A DNA stretch of 64,000 nt, taken from Felis catus. Lineage: Eukaryota. The stretch is from positions 15,812,001-15,876,000 of the forward strand of contig NC_058383.1 in the NCBI RefSeq assembly GCF_018350175.1, given 5' to 3'. Within the stretch, counting starts at the first letter, position 1. Every line of letters starts with the position of its first letter. Under the pieces are notes generated by a model. It saw only the letters and a program-made list of their open reading frames with translations, did not search any database and was not told the origin of the DNA. Shown here piece by piece: positions 50,701-64,000 of this stretch. A program made the position numbers and the translations under genes.

Positions 50701-53700
50701 TCTCTGTCCCTCCCCTACTCACACTCTGTCTCTCTGTCTCTCTCTCTCAAAAATAAATAAACGTTAAAAAATTTTTTTTAATTTAAGAAAAAATCAATTT
50801 AACTCAAAACTATCAATTAATTTTGATATAAAGTGTGAGGATCTGGATCTAAGTCTTTTCTTGATTTATCTATCCATTCTGATTCTAATATCACACACTA
50901 TTACAGTTTTACAATGTATTTTTCCATATAAGAGGGGAAGTCTTTATTACTATTCTTATTCTTCATAGATTTCTCAGACTTACTGCATTTATTCTTTCAA
51001 ATAACTGTATTGGACATTTGTCATGTTTTGGAGGGCCTTCTTGAGCATTTTTTGCCTTATGAATCTTTCCTATTCCCCTCCCCCAAGGGAGAAGCCAGGA
51101 AACATGATTTCCCAGCCTCCCTTGCAGCTAGGGAATGGCCATGTGACCTAGGTTCCAGCAATCTAACATACTCGTGTGAAACTTTGGTGCAGAAATATGA
51201 ACATGAGAAAGCAGGCTCTTTGTGGAATCCATTTGCTGGTGAGGGTGACAGCAGACATCCAGTTTGGGGGGCTGGCAATAACTTGCAGTAGAGTTCCAGG
51301 CACACGTGTAGCATTGGTGCTGGTGGCAGCTGTGGGTGCGGTTGGTTTGCATCACTGGCATGAGTGCAGATGGGCTCAGTGCCTGGCAGTGGGAAGACTG
51401 GTTCCCTCATTAGGTCAGTTCTGCAATGTGGTCTGGCACTGTTCCTGGCAGCTCAGCTCCAAGCTCCTAAATGGTTCTGAGAGTTGCCCAATGTCCACTA
51501 ATGCATGCCTTTTCTGAGCTAGAGTGTGTTCTGTTGTTTGTAACTGAGAGTCTTGACTAACAAGTAGGCAAAACTAAATTGGGGAAGGAAGGTATCGTAT
51601 CCATAATTGTAGCTGTTGTCTAGAGGCTAGACTGAGCCTTGATATGTAAAGTGTGGTCCATGTGGACCAGCAACACCTGGGAACCCGTTAGAAATGCTTA
51701 GTCTCAGTCCACCCCAGTCCTGCCGCAGTTGATTTGCCTTATAACCAGATGCCCAGGAGATTTGTAAACACAGATTGAGAAGCACTGGTCTAGCGATTCC
51801 CAATGCTGGCTGTACTTTAAAATCACTTGGAGACCATTCTCCATGACAACAGTTGATTCAGGAAAGAATCATCGACAGAGCCTAAAACCACAAAGCAAAG
51901 GTTGTTAGGGAATTGGTTATTCGTACAGGTCGAAGAATTTCCCCACAGATCACTGGCTAATTACAAAGGGGAAAAAATGAACTTTACAGCAGAGAAATCT
52001 GGCAGACTCTGCATAAACAAGTGACAAAATTTAACATCACAAATAGTTGGGCCAAGTAACATCATGGGCCTCCTGATAAGAGCACATCATCATCTATGTA
52101 GAATTTCTGCCAAAAATGAAAATGATTAACCTGAATCAAATACCGAGTGACAAAAAAACAGTCAAGTCCAGAGAGATGACCTGAACAGCTGTCCTGGCTG
52201 GACTCTTCAAAAATGACAGTTTCATGAGAGCCGAAAAAGACTGGGAACTGGTCTAGATCAAAAGCAACTGACAAGACATGAAAACTAAATGCACTGTATA
52301 GTCTTTAATTAAATCCTGAACTGAGGGTGGAAAGGCTAGAAAGGACACTTTCAGGCCAATTTGGGAGGACTTTGAATAGTAGTTACTAGAATTGTGTTAA
52401 TGTTAAATGTTTTGGGTGTGATAATTATGATGTGGTTTGTGGAGAAGAGTAAACCTGTTCTTAGGACACACATGCTGAAATATAGACAGACAAAGGGTCA
52501 TGAGATCTATACATTGTTTTAAGTGGTCTAGAAAAAAAATTCATAGATGAAAGAGAAATAAAAACAAAAGCTGCAAAATGCCAAATGTTAGTATTTGGTG
52601 GACCTAGACCAAGGGCCGGCACATTTTTTCCATTTAGAGCCAGATAGTTAAGTACATTAGGCATTACAGGCTCTGTCGCAATACTCAATTCTGCTGTTTT
52701 AGTGTGAAAACTGCCATGAACAAAATAGGTCTGGTGTGTTTCAATAAAACTTTATTTGTGGACAATTATGTGCTAATTTTATCTCAAAGTTAGAAAACAG
52801 TCATTTCAAAAATTTGCTTCTCTGAATAGATATGAACCAAAATGTTATCAAAGACGACTTCCTGAAGGAGCAGGGAGTTGGTGAAGGAGAACTCTGTTTT
52901 ACTGTCTATACTTCCGTATGGTTTAAATGTTCAAATGAGTGCTTTGGATTTTTGTTTGTTTTTCCATTAAGTTGCTTCTTTTTTTTTTTTAAAGTTTATT
53001 TATTTGGGGCGCCTGGGTGGCTCAGTCGGTTAAGCGGCCGACTTCAGCTCAGGTCATGATCTCGCGGTCTGTGAGTTCAAGCCCCGCGTCGGGCTCTGTG
53101 CTGACAGCTCAGAGCCTGGAGCCTGTTTCAGATTCTGTGTCTCCCTCTCTCTGACCCTCCCCCGTTCATGGTCTGCCTCTCTCTGTCTCAAAAATAAACG
53201 TTAAAAAAAAAATTAAAATAAAGTTTATTTATTTATTTTGAGAGAGACGGAGAGAGCATAAGTGGGGGAGAGGCAGGGACAGCAGGAGAGAGAATCCCAA
53301 GCAGGCTCTGCACTGTCAGCACAGAGCCCAACATGGGGCTCAAACTCACAAATCCATGAGATCATGACCTGAGCCCAAACCAGGAGCCGGTCGCTTAACC
53401 GATTGAGCCACCCAGATGCCCCTCATTAAGTTGCCTCTTAGATTAGTCGGCTTTACTGTAGTAACAAACAACTGCAAATCTAAGTGGTTTATAACAAATA
53501 CCAGTTTCTCATGTTATGTGAGGGCTGAGAATAGGCTGCACTTTGGCTCCGTGTATTTACTTACTCTGGCACCCAGGCTGGAGGAACAGACCTATCTGGA
53601 ACGTACTGTTCTTCTAGCAGAGGGCAGAATCACCAGAGACCAAGCCAAGCCATGCAACTGCATTTAAAGCTCCCGCTCGGACATGATATGAGACGTGCCT

Positions 53701-54929
53701 GCTCGCATGTCAAAGGCCAAAGGCAGTCCCACAGCCAAGCCTCTCAACGGAAGGCTTAAGAGGTGGGGTGTGTATCATTACCTCACAGGGAAGGGGATGA
53801 GTACTTGTGAAACAATGATACACTTGACTACATTTCTGTTGAATTAAGTAAGTCTCCTTTGAGGAAATATTTTCTTTTTTTGTTCTTATATAATTTTTTT
53901 CCTGCTGACCCATTTTCTCCCCCCTGTTTTCCTTTCCCTATGGAAGGGTAGCTTCAGCAGTGCTTTTCAAACTGTGGATGGTAACCCATTAGTGAGTCAT
54001 GAAATTAATTTAGTGGAGGCACAACTAGTATTTTTGCTTAAAAAAGAGAATACAGTAGAAAATCAGGAGAACACTGCACATAATAAAGTTAAGGATTGTT
54101 TAATGAAACCTTTATTTCAGTCACATATATTTGTCCATATACTGATATAAGCTATATTTTTTGCTATTTCAGTTAAAAAAAATTAAAAACTTTTTAAATA
54201 GATTTTTTAATGATTGATTTTGACAGAGGGAGCATAAGGAGGGGAGGGGCAGAGAGAGAGGAGACAGGATCTGACAGCAGAGAGCCTGATGTGGGGCTTG
54301 AGTTGAACTTCGAGATCATGACATGAGCTTAAGTGGGATGCTCAACCGGCTGAGCCACCCACGCGTCCCTCGGTTAAAAAAATTTTAAAGCCTTGGGGCA
54401 CCTGGGTGGCTCGGTCGGTTGGACATCCCACTTCAGCTCAGGTCATGGTCTCACAGTCTGTGAGTTTGAGCCCCGCGTCGGGCTCTGTGCTGACAGCTCA
54501 GAGCCTGGAGCCTTCCTTGGATTCTGTGTCTCCCTCTGTCTCTGCCCCTAACCCACTCGCATTCTGTCTCTGTCTCTCTCAAAAATGAATAAACATTAAA
54601 AAGAATTAAAAAAAAATTATAAAGCCTTGACCTAAAGGACAGGCTAGGTCGAGGGACTGATTGATCACTCCCAATTCCCATCTGAACTCAAGGATGCTGG
54701 TACCAAGGATGAAGAGAAGCTGGTTGTAGAATCTGATCCAAGACACCACTGAACGCCAAGAGACTGTGATGGATACAGCAGATTGACTGCCTCAGCCTCT
54801 TTCCTGTGTCCCATTCTCCTTCTATGCTGCAGAGACTAGAAATCCTAAAACGATATTTCCCAGGCTCCTTCGCAGCTGGGTTCCAGGTGGGTTTTAGCTT
54901 CCACTCATGAGCTGCTGTGATAGATTTAA

Positions 54930-55390
54930 AACCTGCACACATTCTTTGCTGCTGCACCCACTGAGAGGTAGAATCTAATCCCCCTCCCCAAGAATCTGAT
55001 CTGGCCTTGGAGACCTGTGTGGCCAAAAGAATGCAGCAGAGATGATGTTCTCAAACTCTGAGTGCATTGCCTAGGAAGCCTCACAGGGTCCACCTGGGAC
55101 TCTGGGAATGGAGGAGCCAATTTCTCTGTCAGAAGTCCAACTGTCCTCAGCAGCCATGCTGTGAAAAACCTGAGCATCTGGAGGTCCTGGAGGATGAGAC
55201 CAGCATGGGACTGAACAAGATATCTTGGAGGTAAATCCTCCAGCCCCAGCTGCCCCAGCACGGATCAGACAGAGATGGACCACCCAACCAAGCCCTCTCC
55301 TGAACTCACAAAATCATGATACAAACAAAACGGTTTTTGAAGCCACCAAGTTTCGACGTACTGTGTTACATAACAATAGATTAACAGAAG
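54930..55390. mobile_element. MaLR LTR (MLT1-like)
   Basis: 'ctgtgtggccaaaagaatgcagcaga' and terminal 'tgttacataacaatagattaacaga'. Confidence 0.6.
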
Positions 55391-56471
55391 AGATGCCTTT
55401 TCTCAAGACTTCTGTTTGGAACTGAGTCAAGCAGGGAGACAGACAGTGGCACGCAAGGCTCCTGAGGGATAGGAGGTTGCTTCTTGTTTGGATGTCTTGA
55501 AGATGTGTGGCATGCAGGGTACTTTCTTTTTTAGGCCTCTACCCTTAGCAGCACCCAAGCTCCAGGACAGGACACGTGGGAACCAAGAGCTACTATGCTG
55601 AGAGAATCCAGAGGCTAACACTAAGGACCACAGGAAAGCCAAGAAGAACATGGGGTATGGAGCCATAAATGAAGCCAGATAGAGTGATAAACTCAGACGG
55701 CTAACATTTGTTGGGCACTCACTGTGTGCCAAGAATGTATTAGCATTCTATGAACATGATTTTATTTGATTCCCCCCCAAACTGTCCCAGGAGGTAGCTA
55801 CTACTATTCATTCACATTTCATAGGTGAAGAAATCAAGGTACAAAGAAGCTAAGTAATTTCAAGGTTCTGCAACCAGTAAATGGCAGAGTATAGATTTAT
55901 CTGACCAAGAGCTTGTGCTCCTACTAGCCACTCACACTGGAATGGCTTCTAGGAGCAAGGGCCAAGTCACTCCAAGGAGGTTGAAACCATGATGAACATT
56001 AAAGGGCATGTGAGGTGGGTGTATGTTCTTGCACAAAACTGCAGATGGGATTCGCCCCACAGAACAGTCCTTTACTCAAGATAACTTAAGAGGGTGCCCC
56101 TACCCTCATTCTCTAAGACACTGTTTATAGCTTCCATCACTGCTTCCACACTGTGGAACCAAGGACGTTCCTGTTGGGTTTAAGGCTCTTCTCCATTCCT
56201 GATAACCAGAGGCTGAGTTAGCCTTAGCATTGCTCAGAACCCCAAACAGCTCAGACCTCTTGGTTCAGGTATGATCCAGGTAGGGGCTGGTGAGGAAAAT
56301 TGCTGGAAGGAGGGCTGGGAATTTTAAGATGGCCCCTATAACCTTCACTCCTTGGTGTAACTCCCATGACTATGTTATGCTATATGGCAAAAGGGACATT
56401 ATCCAAGTGGGCCTAATCTGATCACACGAGCCCACTTAAACGCACAGTTTCTTTGGCAGCAGCAGAAGTAG

Positions 56472-57019
56472 TGACAAAGATCCCCTTGTTAAAATTTTTT
56501 TTTATTTTATATATAGAGAGAGCATGTATAAGTGGGGGAGAGGGGCAGAGGGAGAGAGAATCTCAAGCAAGCGCCATGCTCAGTGCAGAGCCTGATGCTG
56601 GGTCTGATCCCACAACCCTGGGATCATGACCTGAGCCAAAATCAAGAGTTGGACATTCAACCAACTGAGCCACCAAGGTGCCTCAAAGATTCCCTTTTTG
56701 ACCAAACTCTGGCCAAGCTCCTCTGAACCGTCTTCTTCACTGACCTTTAAGTCGATAAAAAATGGAAAGGAAGTAAATTAAAACTAAAAGACCTATCTCA
56801 GCATTAGCCTACACAGACTTCAACAGACACTAACATACTTTCTACCAGCTCAAGGCCACATCCCTAGGATAACCCTAGCCTTTCTTAAAATGTCTGCCTG
56901 AGAAAGCTCAGAGTTGAGTTCGGTTCACATTGGACTTTTTTCCCTATTGCAATAGCTGTTACTGATTAAAATCTGTCCTTACTGCTTTAACTAATTTCCG
57001 GCTTTGCTTGCCTTTGACA
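56472..57019 (+). mobile_element. Solo LTR, MER31-like, inserted in an MLT1 (~56315-57585); contains a SINE and a 44-bp foreign insert
   Basis: TGACAAAGA...TTTGACA termini; 'ttgaccaaactct', 'ccctaggataaccctagcc' and 'tgcctgagaaagctca' motifs. Confidence 0.6.
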
Positions 57020-57854
57020 GAAGTCAAATTCCAAGCAAGAACGATTCAACACACTGTTGCTGGTTTAAAGTTGGAGGGGTCATGTGGCAAGGAAAGGGGG
57101 AGGCTGGTAGAAGCTGAATGCCCACAACAAAATGGGAACTGAATTCTGCCACTGAATTTTCCTGGAAGCTGATTCTTTCTAGAGCCTCCAGATAAGATCA
57201 CAGTCAATATCTTTGGTTTATGCCTTGTTATATTTTGAGCAGAGAGCCCAGACGTGCTTGCCCAGACTTCTGATCTACAGAACCGTGAGCTAATGAATAG
57301 GTGTTTTTTTTTTTTATTTTTATTTTTTCAACGTTTATTTATTTTTGGGACAGAGAGAGACAGGGCATGAACGGGGGAGGGGCAGAGAGAGAGGGAGACA
57401 CGGAAACAGGCTCCAGGCTCTGAGCCATCAGCCCAGAGCCTGACGCGGGGCTCGAACTCCGGGACCGCGAGATCATGACCCAGCTGAAGTCGGACGCTCA
57501 ACCAACTGCGCCACCCAGGCGCCCCGAATAGGTGCTGTTTTAAGCTGCTAAGTGTGTGGTAACTTGTTACACAGCCATAGAAAAGGAATGTACCTTTTGT
57601 TTGACCCAACAATCCCACTTCTAAGAATTTATACTGAGGATATACTGTCAATAACACAAATACATAGGTTTTTCATTGCAATATTAATATTAACTGGAAA
57701 CTACCTAAATGTCCAAGCAGAGGAGATTGGGTGAATAAACTCTGGCATATACAAAAGCTCATGGAGTAAGAGAACGAGGAAGACTCTTGTGGACTGAGAT
57801 ACAATGATTTCCAGGCGATAAGCAAAGAGATTTAATTGCAGAAAAGCATATTAT

Positions 57855-58610
57855 GAAGGGAAAACCTTTGTTTTCCTTTATACTACACAATACTCTGAAT
57901 ACTTATGTACTCCATATATGGGGTAGCTTGTCCCACATTAAGCAATTCTGTGACACTGCCTGGGTGGCCTTTAACTCAATGTTTACATTATCTGCCTGGA
58001 GAGAGCATCAGACGGCCCCCCCCCACCCTTAGTCCCACAAGACTGCCCCACTTCTGACATCAATCACAAATCCAGGTTTTTACCTGTGCATTTGACAGGC
58101 TATACATTGGAGTTTCCCATAAACTCCTCTTCAGATTTCATTTATTCACTAGAGTAGCTCACAGAACTCAGAGAAAGATTTATTTATGTTTATCAGTTTA
58201 TTTTAAAGGATACAGATGAACAGCCAGATGAAGAGGTATGTAGGTTGGGGCCTAGAAGGGTCCTGAGAGCAAGAGCTTGTATCCCCGTAGAACTGGGAGG
58301 TGATACCCTTCTGGCATGTGGCTGTATTCACCAGCCAGAAAGCTCATTGAATCTTCTTGTTCAAGAGTCAGTGGATGAGGCTGAAAGCTCCAACCCTCTA
58401 ATCACCTGGTCTTTCTGGTGACCAGCCCCATCCTAAAGCTATCTAGGGGGCCCACACTGTCACCTCATTAGCCTAAAGTCAGGTGTGCCCAAAAAGGGGC
58501 TCCTTAGGAGTAACTAAAGACACTGCCATCACTCAGGAAATTGTAAGGATTTCAGGAGCTCTGTGCCAGGAACCAGGAACAAAGACCAAATATATTTCTT
58601 ATACTACACA
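57855..58610 (-). mobile_element. Solo LTR, MER21-like
   Basis: Reverse complement of the motifs at 3980-4764, e.g. 'ggagctctgtgccaggaaccagg...agaccaaatatat'. Confidence 0.7.
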
Positions 58611-59159
58611 TATGTAGTATGCTATGTTTTGCATGAGAAAGAAGGGGAAAGAAGAAAATATACATATATCTACTTATTATTACAAAATAAAACACAAGAA
58701 GGACAAACAAGAAAACAATGCAGTTGGTTGCCTACAGGGGTGGAGGGGAATAGATGGAAACGATATTTCTCTGAGCATATCTTTTTATATAGCTTTGACT
58801 TTTGAAAGCATGCTAATATCCCGCATATTCAAAAACAAAATTAAGTCGATAAAAAATGGAAAGGAAGTAAATTAAAACTAAAAGCAAACTAAAACAAGTA
58901 AACTAATATTTCAAAAAAGTACCATAATCACACTGAACAGGAGAAAATGAACGAATTTGAAGTAATTTAACACAGTATTTGACTATATTCCCTCAGTTGG
59001 GGACGGGGAGTATGGTGGAGGGGAAGAATTGCAAACAAGTCCTGAACTGTGTTTACTAGGTCTGCTGTTTGTAATGGTGTGGGAAAAGCAATTCAGAAAC
59101 CATTATAGATGTTATAAACTATTTCAAAGCATTTAAAAAAATATTTGTTTACTTCTGGA

Positions 59160-59611
59160 TTTTTTAAACTAAAGTTTATTGTCAAATTGGTTTCCATACA
59201 ACACCCAGTGCTCATCCCAAGTGCCCTCCTCAATGCCCATCATTCACTTTCCCCTCTCCCCCACCCCCCTTCAACCCTCAGTTTGTCCTCAACATTTAAT
59301 ATGGTTTGCCTCCCTCCCTCTTTGTAACTCTTCTTTTTCCCCTTCCCCTCCCCCATGATCTTCCGTTAAGTTTCTCTAGATCCACATATGAGTGAAAACA
59401 TATGGTATCTGTCTTTCTCTGACTGACTTATTTCACTTGGCATAATACCCTCCGGTTCCAACCACATTGCTGCAAATGGCCAGATTTCATTCTTTCTCAT
59501 TACCAGGTGGTATTCCATTGTATATATAAACCACATCTTCTTTGTCCATTTGTCAGTTGCTGGACATTTAGGCTCTTTCCATTATTTGGCTATTGTTGAA
59601 AGTGCTGCTAT
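59160..59611 (-). mobile_element. Carnivore L1 3' fragment abutting a SINE (59612-59792)
   Basis: 'tttattgtcaaattggtttccatacaacacccagtgctcatccc' matches the L1 3' end at 23450. Confidence 0.88.
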
Positions 59612-61989
59612 TGAGAGAGAGCGAGGGAGAGAGAAAGAGAGGCAAAGAGAAAGGGAGACAGAGAATCCCAAGCAGGCTCCGCACTGTCAGCGCAGAGCCT
59701 GATATGGGGCTTGAACTCACGAATCATGAGATCATGACCTCAGCTGAAACTAAGAGCCAGATGTTTGACTAACTGAGCCATCCAGGAGCCCCAATATAAT
59801 AAACTATATTAGATGTAACATAGGACTGAGCAAATGGGAGCCAGGATTCTCATGAAAGGAGAAGGGATATACAAATAAAGAATGGGGAAGATAAGAAATA
59901 ACCTTGTTGAGGGTATATTAGTGTAAATTCATGATTTCTAAGATCTGTATATGCATGTTTGTGTCACACATCTATGACTGTGTAAACATGCGTACATATG
60001 TACATACAGATATACCTGCGTATATTTCCTGACTCTGTCCATTGAGAGAGCCAAGAAGAAAGGACACTCCAGGAGCACTGAGGGCACCAAATTCTCTGAC
60101 CTTGATCTCTGAGACCTTCACCACTAAACGAATCAGGGTCCTCAGAGAACTAGCTGAGTTCCAGGCTGGCATAAAGAATGCTTGGAATCCCTTGTTATAC
60201 CAGCAAGTAAGGACATGCTTTTTTAAAGAGTGGGTTTATGTCACATGGACCAATGAGACAGCTTGAAGGGGTTCTCACTGGCAAGTCTGCGACAATTTGA
60301 ACACCAAAAGAACTAAGAATTAAATTATAAATCCCTAAAAAAAAAAAAAAAAGAGTCCACAAATACATAAATCGAGAGAAGGAAGCTCTTTTGTTTACTG
60401 GAAAATGCTGAGGGCAGAATGGAAAATGTGGAAGGAATGTGGGATCACTGTTTTGCAACCATCATGGTAAAGCTGGATTAGGCAAGAATCATCAGTGGAT
60501 GCTAAATCTAGGGGGGGATCTTCGATAAAGAAGGCAATATTTGCATGACGTTCCCACACTGCTTATTAGTTGCAAGGGAGAAAAAAACAGCAATAATTAT
60601 ATAGTGAATTACTTAGGGGTAAAGGGCCTTGATATATTTAACTCACTTTAAGATGGCTCAGTGAAAAGTATTTTTATATTATGCTGCTTTTATTTTTCTG
60701 GATGGTTAAAAAACAAAAAAAAACCCAAAAACCCTGCATGGAAAGTCTCTTAGAGCAAAGGTCTTGTAGAATGCAGTTTTCATCCAAAAAGAGGGTTGGG
60801 GCCTGAGTGATCATAGCAGATGAGTAGCTGGGCTAGGTGATTGCAGCTAATAGGACACAGAGGCTGAGCCCCTGAAAACTGAGGTGGGTATGGGCCTGAG
60901 AGGCCTGTAGGAGAGGTGAATGTTCACCACAAAGTCTGATCCAACAGGCTACCCATGACTAATGTATGCTCCTGGGCTTATGCATCCCCAGACTAGGCCA
61001 ATCTACTAGGCTTAGGCCACTGTTAGCCCTGAGAACAAGCCTCTATCACTGGAGATTTCTAGACATAGGTTCAAGATCTCCCATACCAGCCTCATATGAT
61101 CCTAAACTTCTAGAACTGTTTTAGGCTCCAACCCTGATTGCCTCCTCTCCTGTGACCTCGGCTATATCTGGTGAGTTCTCCCTCCTCCCAGCATTCAGAC
61201 CATGGCTTTCCTCCAGATTTTCTGGCTCAGCATGTCTTGCCCTGGCCCTGACTCCTCGATCACCCTATGACTCAGGGCTCTGGCTCCCTACCCCAGGACC
61301 CCACCCTGCCTATGTTCTGGTTCTCCCAGCTAAGGTCCCACAAGAGCCCAAAGAATGGGGATGTTTAACCCGGAACCTGCCAGGTTACTGCCCCCCCACC
61401 CCCGCCGCCCCATCATGTCAAAGGACAACTTGGGGCTTCTGGTTCTCTCAACCCAGCTACTGAGCCTGCCATACCACAGGACCCTGCAGATATGTAGTGA
61501 CCCAGTGGATGGAATTGGCACCTGACTGTTGAACACACCCAGCATGTCACAGTCCTTGGCCCTGAAGCATGCCTGCCCTACACTCTCCCTAGGTTAGGCA
61601 GTGTTTGGGAGACACAAGAAAGAAGCATCAGAAACAGCCTTGCTCAACAGACCTGATGCTTGGAGTTCCCTACTATTTTCAGCTAACACTTGCTTCCCCA
61701 GCTCTAGCACATGAACTCTAGCTCCTGGAGTCTCCTCCCATTTCCGCTTACTAGCTGTGTGTCCTTGGCCACTGTTTCACCTCTTCAGCTTCAATGACAT
61801 CTGCCACATAAGGATAATGTACATGAAGCAGCCAGTGCAGTATCTGGGGCATGGTTGGTGGCTCAAAAATAGCAGTCATTGATTCAAGAAAGAATCAACA
61901 GATGATGATGGAAAGTTTGATGAGGAAGAGGATCTTCATATAATCTTAAAGTAGCTCTGCATAATTTACTAATTAATTTAAAAAGGGAA

Positions 61990-62956
61990 AATAATCAAAG
62001 CACGCTATCAAAAGTGTGAAAAGACAACCCACAGATGGGAGTAATATATCTTATATCTGATAAGAGGTCAATATCCAGAGTCTATGAAGAACTCCTTCAA
62101 CAATAAACACAATTCAAAGGACTTGCGTAGACATTTCTCCAGAGAAGATTTACAAATGCTCCATAAGCACATGAAAAGATATTCACCATCAATCATTAGG
62201 GAAATACAAATCAAAACCACAATGAGATACTACCTCAACCCCATTAGGATGGTTATGATTAAACCAAAAACAAAATGGAAAAAAAGAAATGTTGGCAGGG
62301 GTGTGGAAAAACTGGAACCAATGTACATTGCTGGTGAGGATATAAAATGGTGCAGCTGCTATGGAAAAATGGAAAAGCCACCGTGACAGTTCTTCATAAA
62401 GTTGAAAATACAATTACCATATCATCTAACAATTCCACTCGTAGATGTATATCAAAAGAATTGAAAGTAGGGACTCAAATAGATACTTGTACACCAATAT
62501 TCATACCAGCGTTGTTCACAATAGCCAAAAGATGAAAACAATCCAAGTGCCCATCAACAGATGAATGGATAAAGAAAAGGTGGTATATACATACAATGGA
62601 ATATTGTTTAGCTACAAAAAGGAATGAAATTCAGATAATGGTACAAAATGGATGATTTTGAAACATTATGTTTGGTGGAATAAGACAGACACTGAAGGAC
62701 AAATGGTGTATGAGTCCACTTACCTGAAGTCCTAAAATAGACAAATTCATAGGGACAGAAAGTAGAATAAAGTTTACCAGGAACTAGGGGAAGGGGGATT
62801 ATCTCAGTTTGAGATAATAAAAAAGTTCTGGAAATACACAGTGGTGATGGCTGCATGATATTGTGAATATACTTAATGTCACTGAATTGTTAACCTTAAA
62901 AAATGTTTAAAATGATAGATTTTATGTTATATATATTTTACCACAGTTTAAAAAAT
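61990..62956 (+). mobile_element. Old L1 (L1MA/MB-like) 3' end
   Basis: Peptide [31 protein letters not shown]; terminal 'ttttatgttatatatattttaccaca'. Confidence 0.85.
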
Positions 62957-64000
62957 GTCTGAGTGCTAAGGTCTGAGACCACTCTCTGGTGAACTCTCAA
63001 AACTGACTGGTAGGGTCTTGCTTCTAGGACAGGGCCTGACTTTGAGAAGACACCGCTGGGAGTCCAATCAAATTTGAGCAGAACAGAGGCAATAGAGACA
63101 AAGAAAGAAAAGGTCTAAATCAGGGGCTAGGTAATAGCATTTTTGGTTTATTGGCTTGAGGGTTCATGTTGCAACTCCTCAGCTTTGCTGATTTGGCCTG
63201 AGAGCAGCTATAAACAAGATGTAAAAAAAAATTGGGCAGGACTGGGTTTCAGTAAAACTTTATAAAAACAGGTGGCCTTTGCCAGTCCTTGATCTGGGAG
63301 GGAAACAGAGTTGGCAAGCCATCATATTTTTTAATATTATATAAAAACAAAAGAGGGAGCTCTGTGAAGTTAGAAAAACCATACTGAACCACACAACTCC
63401 TTCTAAAACCTCCAAAAAACTAATCTCACATAAAATAAACAGCAGAAAAGGTAAAGATAAAATCTCATACAAAGTCATTACTAAAAAAAGAAAAAGAGCA
63501 GAATAACATTTTGCCCACAAAACAGCTCAAATTGTAACCTACTATTTTATTTTTTAAGTAAACTCTATGCCCAATGTGAGGCTCAAACTCATGACCCTGA
63601 GATCAAAGTTCCATGCTCTACCAACTGAGCCAGCCAGGTGCCCCTGTAACCTGCTATTTTAAAACCAGCTTAAAACAAAACAAAACAAAATTTTTTTAAG
63701 TAGGCCCCATGCCCAGCATGGAGCCCAACGTGGGGCATGAACTCACGACCCTGAGAAGATCTGAGCTGAGATCAAAAGTCGGATGTTTAACTGACAGAGA
63801 CACCCAGGTACCTGCTATCTAAAATTATTAAGAAAATGATACAACACAAGAAAGAACTACAGTAAAACAAATTCGAAAATCCTAGAAATGAGTAAAGAAT
63901 TGGAAACAAAGGGGGGAAATGAAAAGTAAATTAGAAGAAACACGAGCAAATAAACACAATAAAAAATATCTTAAGAGAAATAGAAGGGAGGAAAACATTT

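Larger units (their letters stand above)
112..63810. mobile_element. About 50 dispersed carnivore tRNA-derived SINEs (CAN-SINE), both orientations, several nested
   Basis: Recurrent head GGGGCGCCTGGGTGGCTCAGTCGGTTAAGCGTC (A box), B box GAGTTCGAGCCC, (CT)n tract, AATAAA and A tail; many have target-site duplications. Count is by eye. Confidence 0.97.

Noticed and set aside
1052..57657. Recurrent short ORFs such as [16 protein letters not shown]... and GAPGWRSRLSVRLQ...
   Set aside because: Translations of SINE copies, not a gene family
56747..58884. The 44-bp direct repeats read as the TSD or LTRs of one 2.1-kb element
   Set aside because: Too long for a typical TSD, too short for LTRs, and the enclosed DNA is a mosaic of unrelated old elements that continue past the repeats
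112..63810. tRNA-like A-box/B-box sequences; possible tRNA genes or a CRISPR-like array
   Set aside because: These are the tRNA-derived heads of dispersed SINEs; no complete cloverleaf, no regular repeat-spacer periodicity and no cas genes

Overview
Eukaryotic, repeat-dominated DNA. The tRNA-derived CAN-SINEs and carnivore-type LINE-1 indicate a carnivore, very probably a cat or other felid. There are no prokaryotic genes, CRISPR arrays or intact coding genes. The one clear gene signal is a CpG island (~7.6-8.8 kb) with a TATA-less promoter (two CCAAT boxes, GC box, CRE-like site, palindromic RFX X-box, E-box) and a minus-strand first exon ending at a CAG|GTAAGG donor (8107); I cannot name the gene. 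The rest is about 50 SINEs, L1 fragments of several ages, old LTR and DNA-transposon relics, a decayed class-I ERV with integrase-end and env remnants (~32-38 kb), and a weak cluster of plus-strand exon candidates near 39.5-40 kb. I did not find a new gene system. The most unusual signals are structural: a 257-bp near-perfect inverted duplication upstream of the promoter, a perfect 44-bp templated insertion, an L1 nested in an L1 that forms a ~1.37-kb inverted repeat with a neighbouring L1 sharing the same premature stop, and a SINE with an apparent 3' transduction. Repeat family names come from recalled consensus motifs, not from a database search, and most repeat boundaries are approximate.
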